64,000 nt of DNA from an uncultured Verrucomicrobiota bacterium (lineage in GTDB: Bacteria > Verrucomicrobiota > Verrucomicrobiia > Limisphaerales > UBA1319): positions 1,105 to 65,104 of the forward strand of contig CAYPCQ010000038.1 of assembly GCA_964409245.1 (NCBI GenBank). Reading direction: 5' to 3'. The translations under genes and the position numbers were made by a program. The notes under the pieces are model-generated. The model saw only the letters and a program-made list of their open reading frames with translations. It searched no databases and had not been told where the DNA came from. This document shows positions 54,990-63,751 of this stretch, one piece after another (positions within the stretch are counted from its first letter, which is position 1; the number at the start of each line of letters is the position of its first letter).

Positions 54990-57374
54990 TCACTTTTCCA
55001 CGTGCCAGGTCAGCACCGTCAAAGACAAGGCCGGGAAGCGGTAGGTGAAGCGGGGGGCGCCCACCGGGTGGGTTGAGGCCCGGGCGGCCACGCGGTCGGG
55101 ATCGCCGAAGGAATTCTGGGCATCGGGCTCACCGGCCTGATCGCGATCGGCCAGGGTGTGGACGGCCAGCGTCTGGCCGCTCCGTCCGAAAGCCGAAAAA
55201 TCCACCGTCCGGGCCAGCTCCTGGAGCGTGTAATTCACCGCAAAAAGCGCCACTTCCGCCCCCTCCCCCGACCGGGTGGCGCTCAAGTCCAGGCCGGTGT
55301 TGACGGGGTATCCCGAGTGGATGCGCAGCGGGCGCCGCCCCGCCAGGGTGGCATAGAGCTGCTGGGCATGGTAGGTGGGCCGCCGGTATAGGCGGTGGTT
55401 GTCCGTGTGCAGGATGCCCGAGCCGAAGCTGTTGATGAGGTTCGACCGGTTCGCGATTTCCACGAGGCCGCAATGGCGGTGCAGCAGGTTGTGATACCGC
55501 GCGCAGGCCAGCGCGTTTTCCAGGGTCATCAGCTTGGCGCGGCCCAGGCCCATGTCGCCCGCCGTGGTATTCCACTCGGTGACCGCCACTTTCACATTCC
55601 GGCCCGGGGCGTTTTCCTGGATCAGCCGGGCCATCGTGGCCAGGCTGCTTTCTGAGGCCGCCAGGTCGGGCGTGTAATGATGCGGGCACACGTAGTCGAA
55701 ATATTGCCCGGCCTGGCGCAGCAGCCCGGCCGTAGGGAATGAGGAAAACAGCCGGATGGATGGATCCACGGCTTTCATGGCGGCGCAAAATCCGGGCGCC
55801 TGCGCCTCGTATTCGCTGCCGGACAGCTCGTTGCCCACCTGCCAGAACCGCACCCGGTACGGCTCCGGGGGCCCGTTGCGGGCACGCCAGGCGCCCATGG
55901 GGGTATTGGTGGACCCATTGAAGTATTCCACCTCGCCGGCGGCGTCGCGCGGGGTCCGTTGGGAGCAGCGCACGCAGATCAGCGGCTCAGCCCCCACCGC
56001 CTGGCAGAACTGCACGAACTCCTCCAGCCCCGGCCCGGTGGGCTGCAGGCCGCCCCAGGCACGGAATGGCCGGCGGTGGTCGGGATCGCCAATGGTGTCC
56101 AGCCAGTTGAATTCCCCCAGCGACGGTTCGTCGAGAGCGCTGCCGCCAAACCGGATCACCCCCGGCTTGAGCGCCCGGACGGCCTCCACCACATCCCGGC
56201 GCCAGCCGCCCACGGTATCGGCCGGCCGGAGGGAAGCATTGTCCAGCCAGAGCGTGCCCGGGCCGCGGAACTCGAAGGCCAGGGTGGCATTGGCATCCCG
56301 CCCCGCGGGTGTCAGGCGGGTGGTGAATTTCCGCCAATCCGGGCCCGGCTGGAATTCGCCCCGGGCGTAAACCTGGCCTTCCTGGTGCAGCCGCCAGCGC
56401 ACCGGCCCCGCCACCCCGGCCATCTTCAGCCAGCACTGCAGCTCCAGCGCCTCCCCGGGATCCACATAGATTCCGTCCTGCGCCAGCCCCAGCGTGCAGG
56501 GGACCGCCTCGCGGGCCTCGATTTTTTGCGAGGTTTCCCCGCTGATTTTTGCCGAGCGGTCCAGGGCATAGCGGCCGCGGTTCACCGCTCCGGTGGGATA
56601 CCACGGCTTTTCCTTGAAATCGGTCTCCTTGATGAAGGCGAACTTGTAGGCCGAAAGGCCCTCGAAGCCACCGTCGTAAATTTTTTCCGCCCACATCGCC
56701 GGCACCAGATCGCAGAGATACTCCACGAATTGGCCATATTGCAGGGGGCTGATTTCCCCCGCCACCAGCGGTTCGCTGGCCACCCGGATTTCCCCCTGGG
56801 CCAGATCGATCTCCTCCAGCTGGACCTGGTCAAACCAAACCGTGCCGGTGCCCTTCCCGAACCCGACAAAAAAGAGGCACAAACGGACGCGCCCATCGGG
56901 CGGCGCCTGGAAGCAGGTGGCCACCGGGGTCCACCCGGTATCGCCCCGATGGCTGGCCGCGGAGGCAATCAGCCCCGCCCCTTGCGGCCGCTGGACCTGC
57001 AGCGTGGCGCAAGTGTCGGATCCGTGCGGGTCCAGCGCCCGGGTCCGCACCATCCCGCCGAAGCGGTGCCATCCGTTTGGCCGGAGCTGCAATTCCTGGC
57101 CCAGGGCGGTGTCCGAAGGCTCGTCCGCCTCAACCCGGAGCGCCTGGCGGCCGGCGCGGAAGATCCCGGTATCCAGCGCCAATTTGGGCGCCGCCCCATA
57201 GACATGCAATTCCCAGCCGTTGGTAGGCTGGGGTTCTTCAAATCCGCCGTTCACCAGGTTGGTCGCCACCATCGCGTTGGTGCGCCCGATGGCGATCCCG
57301 AGTAAAATATTCAGGAGGAGCCCGGCCCAGGCGCCTGGACGCCGGGAGGAAAGGCCTCGTTGTGGTTGGTGCAT
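54990..57374 (-). CDS. Secreted GH51 alpha-L-arabinofuranosidase-like enzyme with CBM4/9-like domains
   Basis: NGGFE domains, YGQFVE, 'GWRRDVVEAVRALKPGVIRFGG', WQVGNE, VTEWN. Confidence 0.88.
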   Translation of the reverse strand: MHQPQRGLSSRRPGAWAGLLLNILLGIAIGRTNAMVATNLVNGGFEEPQPTNGWELHVYGAAPKLALDTGIFRAGRQALRVEADEPSDTALGQELQLRPNGWHRFGGMVRTRALDPHGSDTCATLQVQRPQGAGLIASAASHRGDTGWTPVATCFQAPPDGRVRLCLFFVGFGKGTGTVWFDQVQLEEIDLAQGEIRVASEPLVAGEISPLQYGQFVEYLCDLVPAMWAEKIYDGGFEGLSAYKFAFIKETDFKEKPWYPTGAVNRGRYALDRSAKISGETSQKIEAREAVPCTLGLAQDGIYVDPGEALELQCWLKMAGVAGPVRWRLHQEGQVYARGEFQPGPDWRKFTTRLTPAGRDANATLAFEFRGPGTLWLDNASLRPADTVGGWRRDVVEAVRALKPGVIRFGGSALDEPSLGEFNWLDTIGDPDHRRPFRAWGGLQPTGPGLEEFVQFCQAVGAEPLICVRCSQRTPRDAAGEVEYFNGSTNTPMGAWRARNGPPEPYRVRFWQVGNELSGSEYEAQAPGFCAAMKAVDPSIRLFSSFPTAGLLRQAGQYFDYVCPHHYTPDLAASESSLATMARLIQENAPGRNVKVAVTEWNTTAGDMGLGRAKLMTLENALACARYHNLLHRHCGLVEIANRSNLINSFGSGILHTDNHRLYRRPTYHAQQLYATLAGRRPLRIHSGYPVNTGLDLSATRSGEGAEVALFAVNYTLQELARTVDFSAFGRSGQTLAVHTLADRDQAGEPDAQNSFGDPDRVAARASTHPVGAPRFTYRFPALSLTVLTWHVEK

Positions 57375-57448
57375 AAACTGGCTTCCTTTCCGAAGGTGCG
57401 GGTTATCCAATGGCGCGCCGCGGCGGGGATTGGTTCCCGCCGGCCACC

Positions 57449-58663
57449 CTACTTGGCCGCCGCCGGGGCGCCGGCCAGGCGGATGCCTTCCTGGTCGAAC
57501 CGGCGCTTGATTTCCAGGTTGAAAGCCTGCCAGCCAGCCAGGCAGGCTTTGGAGTCCGTGGTCTTCCACCAATGCACCACCTGGATGTTCGGGCCGGAAT
57601 CGGTGAACCGGTTGAAAGTGGTCAGCAGATCCGCGGTCTGGGGATGCTTTTTAAGGATCTCCTCCAGGATGGCCACCGCCCGCTGGATCTTTTCCAGGGG
57701 CAGGTCGCCGTTGAGGGCGAGGTTGATTTCCGTGCGGATATTGGGCCGGCGCGAAATGTTCGTGATGGTGGAATTGCCCATCGTCTTGTTCGGGATGGCC
57801 ACGAGGTGGCCGTCGGAATTCCGGATCTTCGTGCTGCGCATGCCGATGGCCTCCACGGTGCCTTCGACGGAGTCCATTTTGATGCGGTCGCCCACCACGA
57901 ACGGCTTGTCGAGGAACACGGCCACCGCCCCGAACAGGTTGGCCAGCGTGTCCTGCGCCGCCAGGCCCACCGCCAGGCCGCCGATGGAGAGGGAGGCCAG
58001 GATGCCCGTGATATTGAGGCCGAGGTTCTGGGAGGTCACCAGCACGGCGACGATGATCAAAAACACCCGGAGGGTTTTCCGCACCAGGGGAAACAAATGC
58101 TCGTGGAAGGACTTATCCGCGCCCGGGGCCACGCGGTTGCGCCAATACCCGAGCAGCAGATCCGTGAACTTCAGCGACACATAAGTCAGCGAGATGGCCA
58201 CCAGCAGCTTCATCCCCTTGGACAAATAATTGTGCAGCCAGGCCGGCCAGTGGAACAGGTCCAGGCCGATGTGCAGCAGGATGACAAACGCCACCAGCTT
58301 CACCGGGCCATGGATCAACTCCATCCAGGAGCAATCACGCGACCCAGCGGCGGGCCGGGCGATCCGCTCCAGCCTGGCTTGCACGAAGTAATCGCACAGC
58401 CTGGCGAGGTAAAAGGCCAGGATGATATAAAGAGCAAAGGCCGCATATTTCCAAACCGGTTCGCCCATCACCTGCACCCCCTGCCACGGCGCCTGGCTCG
58501 CGGCCAGGCTGCTGTTGTCAGTCGCCGCTGCGGGGCCGGCCGGCTGGATGGTGGCTGCCGGTTTGGATTCCGGGGCCGGGCTGGGTTGTCCGGCGCGGAT
58601 CCCCATCGCCAGAAAAACCCACAATCCCACGCCCATCAATAACCATGTCAGTTTCCTTTTCAT
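57449..58663 (-). CDS. mscS: MscS family mechanosensitive channel
   Basis: 'LASLSIGGLAVGLAAQDTLANLFG...DKPFVVGDRI...GTVEAIGMRST...IPN'. Confidence 0.93.
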   Translation of the reverse strand: MKRKLTWLLMGVGLWVFLAMGIRAGQPSPAPESKPAATIQPAGPAAATDNSSLAASQAPWQGVQVMGEPVWKYAAFALYIILAFYLARLCDYFVQARLERIARPAAGSRDCSWMELIHGPVKLVAFVILLHIGLDLFHWPAWLHNYLSKGMKLLVAISLTYVSLKFTDLLLGYWRNRVAPGADKSFHEHLFPLVRKTLRVFLIIVAVLVTSQNLGLNITGILASLSIGGLAVGLAAQDTLANLFGAVAVFLDKPFVVGDRIKMDSVEGTVEAIGMRSTKIRNSDGHLVAIPNKTMGNSTITNISRRPNIRTEINLALNGDLPLEKIQRAVAILEEILKKHPQTADLLTTFNRFTDSGPNIQVVHWWKTTDSKACLAGWQAFNLEIKRRFDQEGIRLAGAPAAAK

Positions 58664-59301
58664 CTTTTTTCAAGGCTTCAACCTGCTGCTAAAATAACCG
58701 CTCCCAAGAACTGTGCAAAGCCTCTTCTGGAAAGCCTGGCAGCATGAAATTACACCCCCTCATCGCCATCCCTTCCCGTGGAAAACCATCCGGCCACCGG
58801 CCATGGAGCATTCATCGCCAAGCCAAGGTGGGTGATATCAATTGGACCATTTTACCGTTTTTCAGACCCTTTCGACTGCGTTTTGTTGCCATGAGCCGCC
58901 TGGTGAAAACACGGCTCGAGCTAACCGATCCCGCCGATGGGGCGGCGGCCCGGCAGATACAGATGCGGCAGGTGCTGGCGCCAGCCTCGCGCCCGGGATC
59001 GCCCCTGCCCCACCTTCCTCGCCAAAATGAGCTGCCGTCCCGGGGCAAGCTTCCGCCTGATCACCTCTCCAACCCGGCTTTAGGGCAGCCCAGCTCTTTC
59101 GCGGCCGGGATTCACCCGGGGATTGACCCGCATCAAGCTTTTGCCCCATTATCACCCCATCCTTATGGATGATCCTGCTGCTGTGAGATGTTTGGAGTGG
59201 AGGAAGCCGGCCCGCCCGCGGGCGGGCGGGCGCCTGGCCGTGGCCGTGGCTGCGGCCGGCTTGGTTTCCCTGGCGCCGCCCCGCCTGTGCTCCTGCCCGG
59301 T

Positions 59302-61260
59302 ATGAGCAGCGGCGCCTTCCACCGCCCCCGGAACCTCGACTGGAAGCGTGCCGCCGGGCTGCTTTACGGGGACTGGGGCACCAGCAAGGCTTACGTGATC
59401 GGCCTGGCGTTCCTCACGGCCAGCTATACCTCCCTGCCCATGATCATCCTGGTCAGCCTCCTGACCGGCCTGGTGGGCTACAACTACACCGTGGTCTGCA
59501 AACATTTCCCGGACGGAGGCGGGGTGTATTCCGCCGCCCGGGACCAAAGCCGCAACCTGGCGGTGATGGGCGCCCTGCTGCTGGTGGCCAATTTCACCGT
59601 CACCGCCGCCCTCAGCGGCTGGTCCGCCATGCAGTATTTCAAGGTGCACCCCGCCTGGATCGGCCCGGCCACCATGCTGCTCATCGCCGTGGTGGGGTTG
59701 ATCAACCTTTATGGCCCCAAGCACACCGGCAGCCTGGCGGTGACCATGGCGGTGCCCATGATGGTGGTGGTTTTGGCCATCGTGGCCTTGAGCATCCCTC
59801 ATCTCACCACCGACTATTTGCAGCCCTTGAATCCCAGCTTCGGCGTTAATTGGCAATATTTCACCGGCATGATCCTCGCCCTCAGCGGCGTGGAAGCCAT
59901 CGCCAATCTCACGGGCGTCATGAAGCTCGATTCCGGCTCCACCGTGGACCAGCCCTCGGTGGTCAGCACCTCGCGCAAGGCCATCTGGCCGGTGGCCATC
60001 GAGGTCGTCATCGGCACCTCCTTGCTGGGGTGGGCCATGCTTTCCATCCCCCCCACCCACTACGCCGGCCAGCCTCCCGCCAGCCAGGCGGAATTGCGCC
60101 CGGCCGCGCCGGCCGCCACCGTCCTGGGGGAGGTCGGCTCCGGCTCCTCCCAGCTCGCCGCGGATTCCGCCCCGGCCAGTGGCCGGCGGGCCATCGCCCG
60201 GTCCTCCAAAACCCAGGCCCAGGTGGCCGATTACATGGTCCGCCATCTCGCGGAATATTACGGGGAACTGACCTTCGGCAAAAAATTCGGCAAGCTCTTT
60301 GGCATCCTCGTCGGCATCCTCGTCGGCTTGCTGCTGCTCAGCGCGGTGAACACCGCGGTGAGCGCCCTGATCGGCCTCATCTACACCCTGGCCCGCGATG
60401 GCGAGATGCCCCGGGCTTTGACCCGCCTCAACCATTACGGCGTGCCCCGCTGGCCGCTGGCCATCTCCGTTTTGCTGCCCATCTTCGTGGTGGTCTTGAG
60501 CCCTGGCTTGGAATCCCTTGCCAATTTGTACGCCATCGGCGTCGTGGGCGCCATCGCTGTCAACCTCGGCTCCTGCACCTTCAACCTCAAGCTGTCGATG
60601 ACCTGGCTGGAGCGCGGGGTCATGTGCCTGACTTTCTTCGTCCTCTTCGCCGTGGAGCTGACCATCGCCAAAACCAAGCCCGACGCCCTCTTTTTCGCCT
60701 GCTGCATCCTGGGCATTGGCCTGGCCGTGCGCTCCTTCAGCCAGAAACGGGCCGGCATGCGCACCGTCACCGTCCCCCACCAGGTGGCCGCCGCCGTGGC
60801 GCCGGAATCCTTTGCCCGGCTCAAGCTCAACCTCCAGGCCGGCCAATCCATCATGGTGGCCGCCCGCGGGGCCACCCCCATCCTCCGGTTCGCCATGGAG
60901 GAAGCCGCCCTCCGCCAGGCCACCCTTTACGTGCTCTACGTGCGCGAGCTGGCCGTGAACCTCCCCGGCCCGCTGACCTTTGTCACACCCTTGAAATGGG
61001 AGAACAATCCCGAAGCCGCCGAAATCATGTACGGCATGCTGGAGCTCGGCCAAAAAAACGGCGTCACGGTCGTCCCCCTCTACGCGGTCAGCGAAGACCC
61101 CGCCGGCACCATCCTGGATCTCGCCGCCACCATCGGGGTGGACATGCTCATTTTGGGCGCCTCCCACCGCCACCGCCTCGTATCCATCCTCAAAGGCGAT
61201 GTGGTGATCCAGGTCGCCCGCAGCCTCCCGGAAAACATCCAGCTCGTGCTCCACGGTTAA
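59302..61260 (+). CDS. APC-superfamily permease fused to a C-terminal universal stress protein (USP) domain
   Basis: GDWGTSKAY, PDGGGVY, LSGVEAIAN, ARDGEMP, LYAIGVVG. The C-terminal part has 'LYVLYV...ILDLAA..GVDMLILGAS...LKG'. Confidence 0.88.
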   Translation: MSSGAFHRPRNLDWKRAAGLLYGDWGTSKAYVIGLAFLTASYTSLPMIILVSLLTGLVGYNYTVVCKHFPDGGGVYSAARDQSRNLAVMGALLLVANFTVTAALSGWSAMQYFKVHPAWIGPATMLLIAVVGLINLYGPKHTGSLAVTMAVPMMVVVLAIVALSIPHLTTDYLQPLNPSFGVNWQYFTGMILALSGVEAIANLTGVMKLDSGSTVDQPSVVSTSRKAIWPVAIEVVIGTSLLGWAMLSIPPTHYAGQPPASQAELRPAAPAATVLGEVGSGSSQLAADSAPASGRRAIARSSKTQAQVADYMVRHLAEYYGELTFGKKFGKLFGILVGILVGLLLLSAVNTAVSALIGLIYTLARDGEMPRALTRLNHYGVPRWPLAISVLLPIFVVVLSPGLESLANLYAIGVVGAIAVNLGSCTFNLKLSMTWLERGVMCLTFFVLFAVELTIAKTKPDALFFACCILGIGLAVRSFSQKRAGMRTVTVPHQVAAAVAPESFARLKLNLQAGQSIMVAARGATPILRFAMEEAALRQATLYVLYVRELAVNLPGPLTFVTPLKWENNPEAAEIMYGMLELGQKNGVTVVPLYAVSEDPAGTILDLAATIGVDMLILGASHRHRLVSILKGDVVIQVARSLPENIQLVLHG

Positions 61261-61284
61261 GGCGTGTTCCTGCCTTGGGGAAGG

Positions 61285-61408
61285 GATTGCGCCGCAGATT
61301 TTTTGCGCAAGCCGCGAAGTGAGCCGTCCCGATCTGATCGGGATAAGTGACGCATGACAATGGTTTTGCGCAAAAAGATCCGGCATACACGGCCGATCCA
61401 ATTGCCTG
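61285..61408 (-). repeat. Inverted copy of the ~123 bp palindromic-core repeat
   Basis: Reverse complement of 52999-53121, with the core at 61327-61343. Confidence 0.85.
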
Positions 61409-61712
61409 GGCATAGCTGAGACAGAACCCCGCTGGGGTTTTCGCGAATGTGGCGGACCGCTCAAGGAACCGCACCACCCCCTTTAAGGTCTTCTATAAAA
61501 TATTTTCTTTTGCAGAATTTAGAGTCTGCCCCCCAGCCTTGTGACTCCCAAAAGGGATTCGCCTCTTTCGCCATAAATCGTCCCCAAATGCAATGTCAAT
61601 ATGGATGGTAACGCGTCAATATTTATGGTTTGAATTACCCTCACCCTCATGCCAGGTGACGATCCGAAACGGTTCGGGTTGGGTCATGGGAGAAATCAAC
61701 CGTGGCGGGGAT

Positions 61713-61909
61713 TTACCATGAAATTCCGGCATCTTTGGCAATGCGCAGGGCCAGACCCGGTTTGATGGTCTGATGCCCATGAACGGGAACAGTGATTATT
61801 TGCGCTCGCCAGTTTTGCCGAAAATAGGATGGCTGCCTTGGATACGCCTGAGTGCCCACCCCGCCTCGTTCAACAGCCGGCAGAGTTCCTTGCCGGTAAT
61901 CGGTCTCAT
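61713..61909 (-). pseudogene. hicA: HicA toxin, frameshifted by a 1-bp loss at ~61800
   Basis: MRPITGKELCRLLNEAGWALRRIQGSHPIFGKTGERK, then TAA. Adding one A restores IITVPVHGHQTIKPGLALRIAKDAGISW*, 65 aa in total. Confidence 0.88.
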
Positions 61910-62112
61910 AGGGCGAGGCCAGCGGCTTCCACTTCGGGATCTGGCGACCGGCCTTCCTCCGTGATTACTTCAAGGCAACCGGTGGCAGCCTCGCGCAGGT
62001 TGGCGAGCAATTCCTCCATTGTCCCGCCCTGGGAATAGCAACCCGCCAAGGCGGGCACTTCCCCCCAGTAGCCGCCGCCTGGCTCCGGATGAATGACCGC
62101 TTTGAAGATCAT
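61906..62112 (-). CDS. hicB: HicB antitoxin (short form)
   Basis: 'GGYWGEVPALAGCYSQGGTMEELLANLREA'; the stop overlaps the hicA start. Confidence 0.9.
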   Translation of the reverse strand: MIFKAVIHPEPGGGYWGEVPALAGCYSQGGTMEELLANLREAATGCLEVITEEGRSPDPEVEAAGLAL

Positions 62113-62302
62113 TGAGAAAATCGGCGGCGGCATCAAACGCTATTTCAGGCTGTCCCCAGTGACGGCATTGATCATTTCTTTTGTTGAACCCGATCCTAAT
62201 GGCCGGCTGACCTCTTTTCTTGCAAACACAGGTTTGGATCGCCGGCGCGCATTGGACGGTAATATCGTTGCCGAAAACACCGTTTTCGAGCAAGTTGGCT
62301 CC

Positions 62303-62527
62303 ATGTCGGTGCGTATCTCAGCCCATCCAGATATTTGTGGTGGACGCCCGGTGGTTCGCGGCACTCGTATCACCGTGCCGACGGTGCTCGAATTTTTAGC
62401 GGCGGGAGATTCTCCCGAGGATTTGCTCGATGAATATCCATCTCTGGCTCGCGCAGATATCCAAGCCTGTCTGGATTACGCTTCCCGGCTTATGGGTAAC
62501 CGCTATTCCATCGCAACTCTGGTGTGA
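62303..62527 (+). CDS. DUF433 antitoxin-like protein
   Basis: 'PDICGGRPVVRGTRITV..VLEFLAAG...LLDEYPSL..ADIQACL.YA'. Confidence 0.92.
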   Translation: MSVRISAHPDICGGRPVVRGTRITVPTVLEFLAAGDSPEDLLDEYPSLARADIQACLDYASRLMGNRYSIATLV

Positions 62528-62603
62528 ACGGCTTTCTTTAGGATGAAAACCTTCCGCGCCGGTCGTTTTTTCAACCGGGAGGCCGGATTGTCCGTGCCAC
62601 GTT
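62524..62603 (+). pseudogene. DUF5615 (PIN-like) toxin stump
   Basis: GTGA overlap with DUF433. It reads MNGFL*DENLPRR with an in-frame TAG and is cut off by the repeat at 62604. Confidence 0.75.
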
Positions 62604-62818
62604 AGGCATCAGCTCAAAAGACGCTGGAACCAGATGACTGACTGAACGGATCGCCGCGCTGGCCCGGAGGTCGCGATAGCGGTCTGGTTCGGAAATTGAA
62701 AACGCCGGTTGGAATCAGTGCCTGCTGAGCGTTGGAAAAGGTGCCGAATAAACGGTTAATAAACCGGACCGACAACATTTTCTTGGTTGAACACTGCCCT
62801 AAAGGTTGACCTCTTTTC
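62604..62818 (+). repeat. ~214 bp dispersed repeat / MITE-like element, copy 1
   Basis: AGGCATCAGC.CAAAAG.CGCTGGAACCAGATG.CTGACTG.ACGGATCGCC ... CTGCCCTAA.GG.TGACC.CTTT; colinear with 63464-63677. Confidence 0.85.
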
Positions 62819-62913
62819 ACGGATTCCAATGATGCTCCCCAGCTTCCTATTTGCCTCCTTCCCTCCCCCGGCCGCCCCTTGACGCAGCATAGAATAACTT
62901 CCAAATTTCCGTT

Positions 62914-63147
62914 ATGAGCAAAACTGAGATTTTGCGCGAATTATCCAACCTCACTCCGGAAGAGCGGCAGGAAGTCCGCCTGCGCCTCGCCGAATTGGAT
63001 CAGAGCGACTGGCTGGATGAGGGAGAATTGACTGCTGGGGAAATGGCCGCCATCGAGGAGCGTTTCCGCGACTTGGACGCCAACCCGCAAACCTCCATTC
63101 CATGGGAGGAAGCCAAAGCGCATTTGCTGACCCCGTTCAAAAGGTGA
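62914..63147 (+). CDS. Addiction-module antitoxin component (TIGR02574-like)
   Basis: 'LTPEER...IEER....ANP...IPWEEAK'; GTGA overlap with the ParE-like gene. Confidence 0.8.
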   Translation: MSKTEILRELSNLTPEERQEVRLRLAELDQSDWLDEGELTAGEMAAIEERFRDLDANPQTSIPWEEAKAHLLTPFKR

Positions 63148-63395
63148 GCCACCGGTTGGAAATCCGGCCCCAGGCATTGGCAGACGTGTCCGAAGCGGCA
63201 GCCTGGGACGATCAACAGCAACTTAATCCGTTGAGACATCGATTACGCAATCGGCGCTTGGGCGCCCGGTGGTGCGTTCCTCGTAATTTTCCCTATCGCA
63301 TTGTTTATCGCGTGGCCGGGGATCTGGTGACGGTTGTAGCCATCATTCATGCCGCCCGTCATGATCGACATTGGAAGGAACGCCTCCGTTCCTAA
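63144..63395 (+). pseudogene. RelE/ParE toxin with an apparent internal deletion
   Basis: 'HRLEIRPQALADVSEAAAWDDQQQ|LNPL...FPYRIVYRV...VVAIIHAAR...WKER'. The usual 'GLGxxF...' helix is missing. Confidence 0.7.
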
Positions 63396-63463
63396 AAATG
63401 GTCTTTCACCCTTCGTATTGGAAACCTAAATGCCGGCGAACGCCCGTTTGTGATGTTTTGCCC

Positions 63464-63677
63464 AGGCATCAGCCCAAAAGGCGCTGGAACCAGATGGCTG
63501 ACTGCACGGATCGCCTCGCTGGGTCCAGAGCTCACGAAGGTCCGATTCATATCATGAAAACGCAGGCTCGAATCGGTGCCCGCTGGGCGTCGGAAAAGTT
63601 GTGAAAGCAACGGTTAAGAAAAAACCGGACGAACAACGTTTTTTAGTTGATCCCTGCCCTAATGGCTGACCCCTTTC
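63464..63677 (+). repeat. ~214 bp dispersed repeat, copy 2
   Basis: Diverged direct copy of 62604-62818, offset ~860. Confidence 0.85.
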
Positions 63678-63751
63678 CTATCTGGCTGGGCCTTGCGTGC
63701 AAATCCAAAGCACAACTTGCGATTTGCACAATCCGTCGCTAGGTTTTCTCC

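Noticed and set aside
58700-59300. c-di-AMP (ydaO) riboswitch between mscS and the APC permease
   Set aside because: Only an isolated GGGTGAATC on the minus strand; the downstream CCCGTCAGCTAAC element is absent.
62536-62541. Recoded TAG (pyrrolysine or alternative code) in the DUF5615 gene
   Set aside because: The gene is truncated shortly afterwards anyway, and TAG is used as a normal stop elsewhere (e.g. the genes ending at 8254, 10377 and 43363).
62521-62610. Integron attC site (GTTAGGC at 62601)
   Set aside because: There is no matching inverse core RYYYAAC or attC-type hairpin upstream, copy 2 of the repeat lacks the GTT, and no integrase is in the window.
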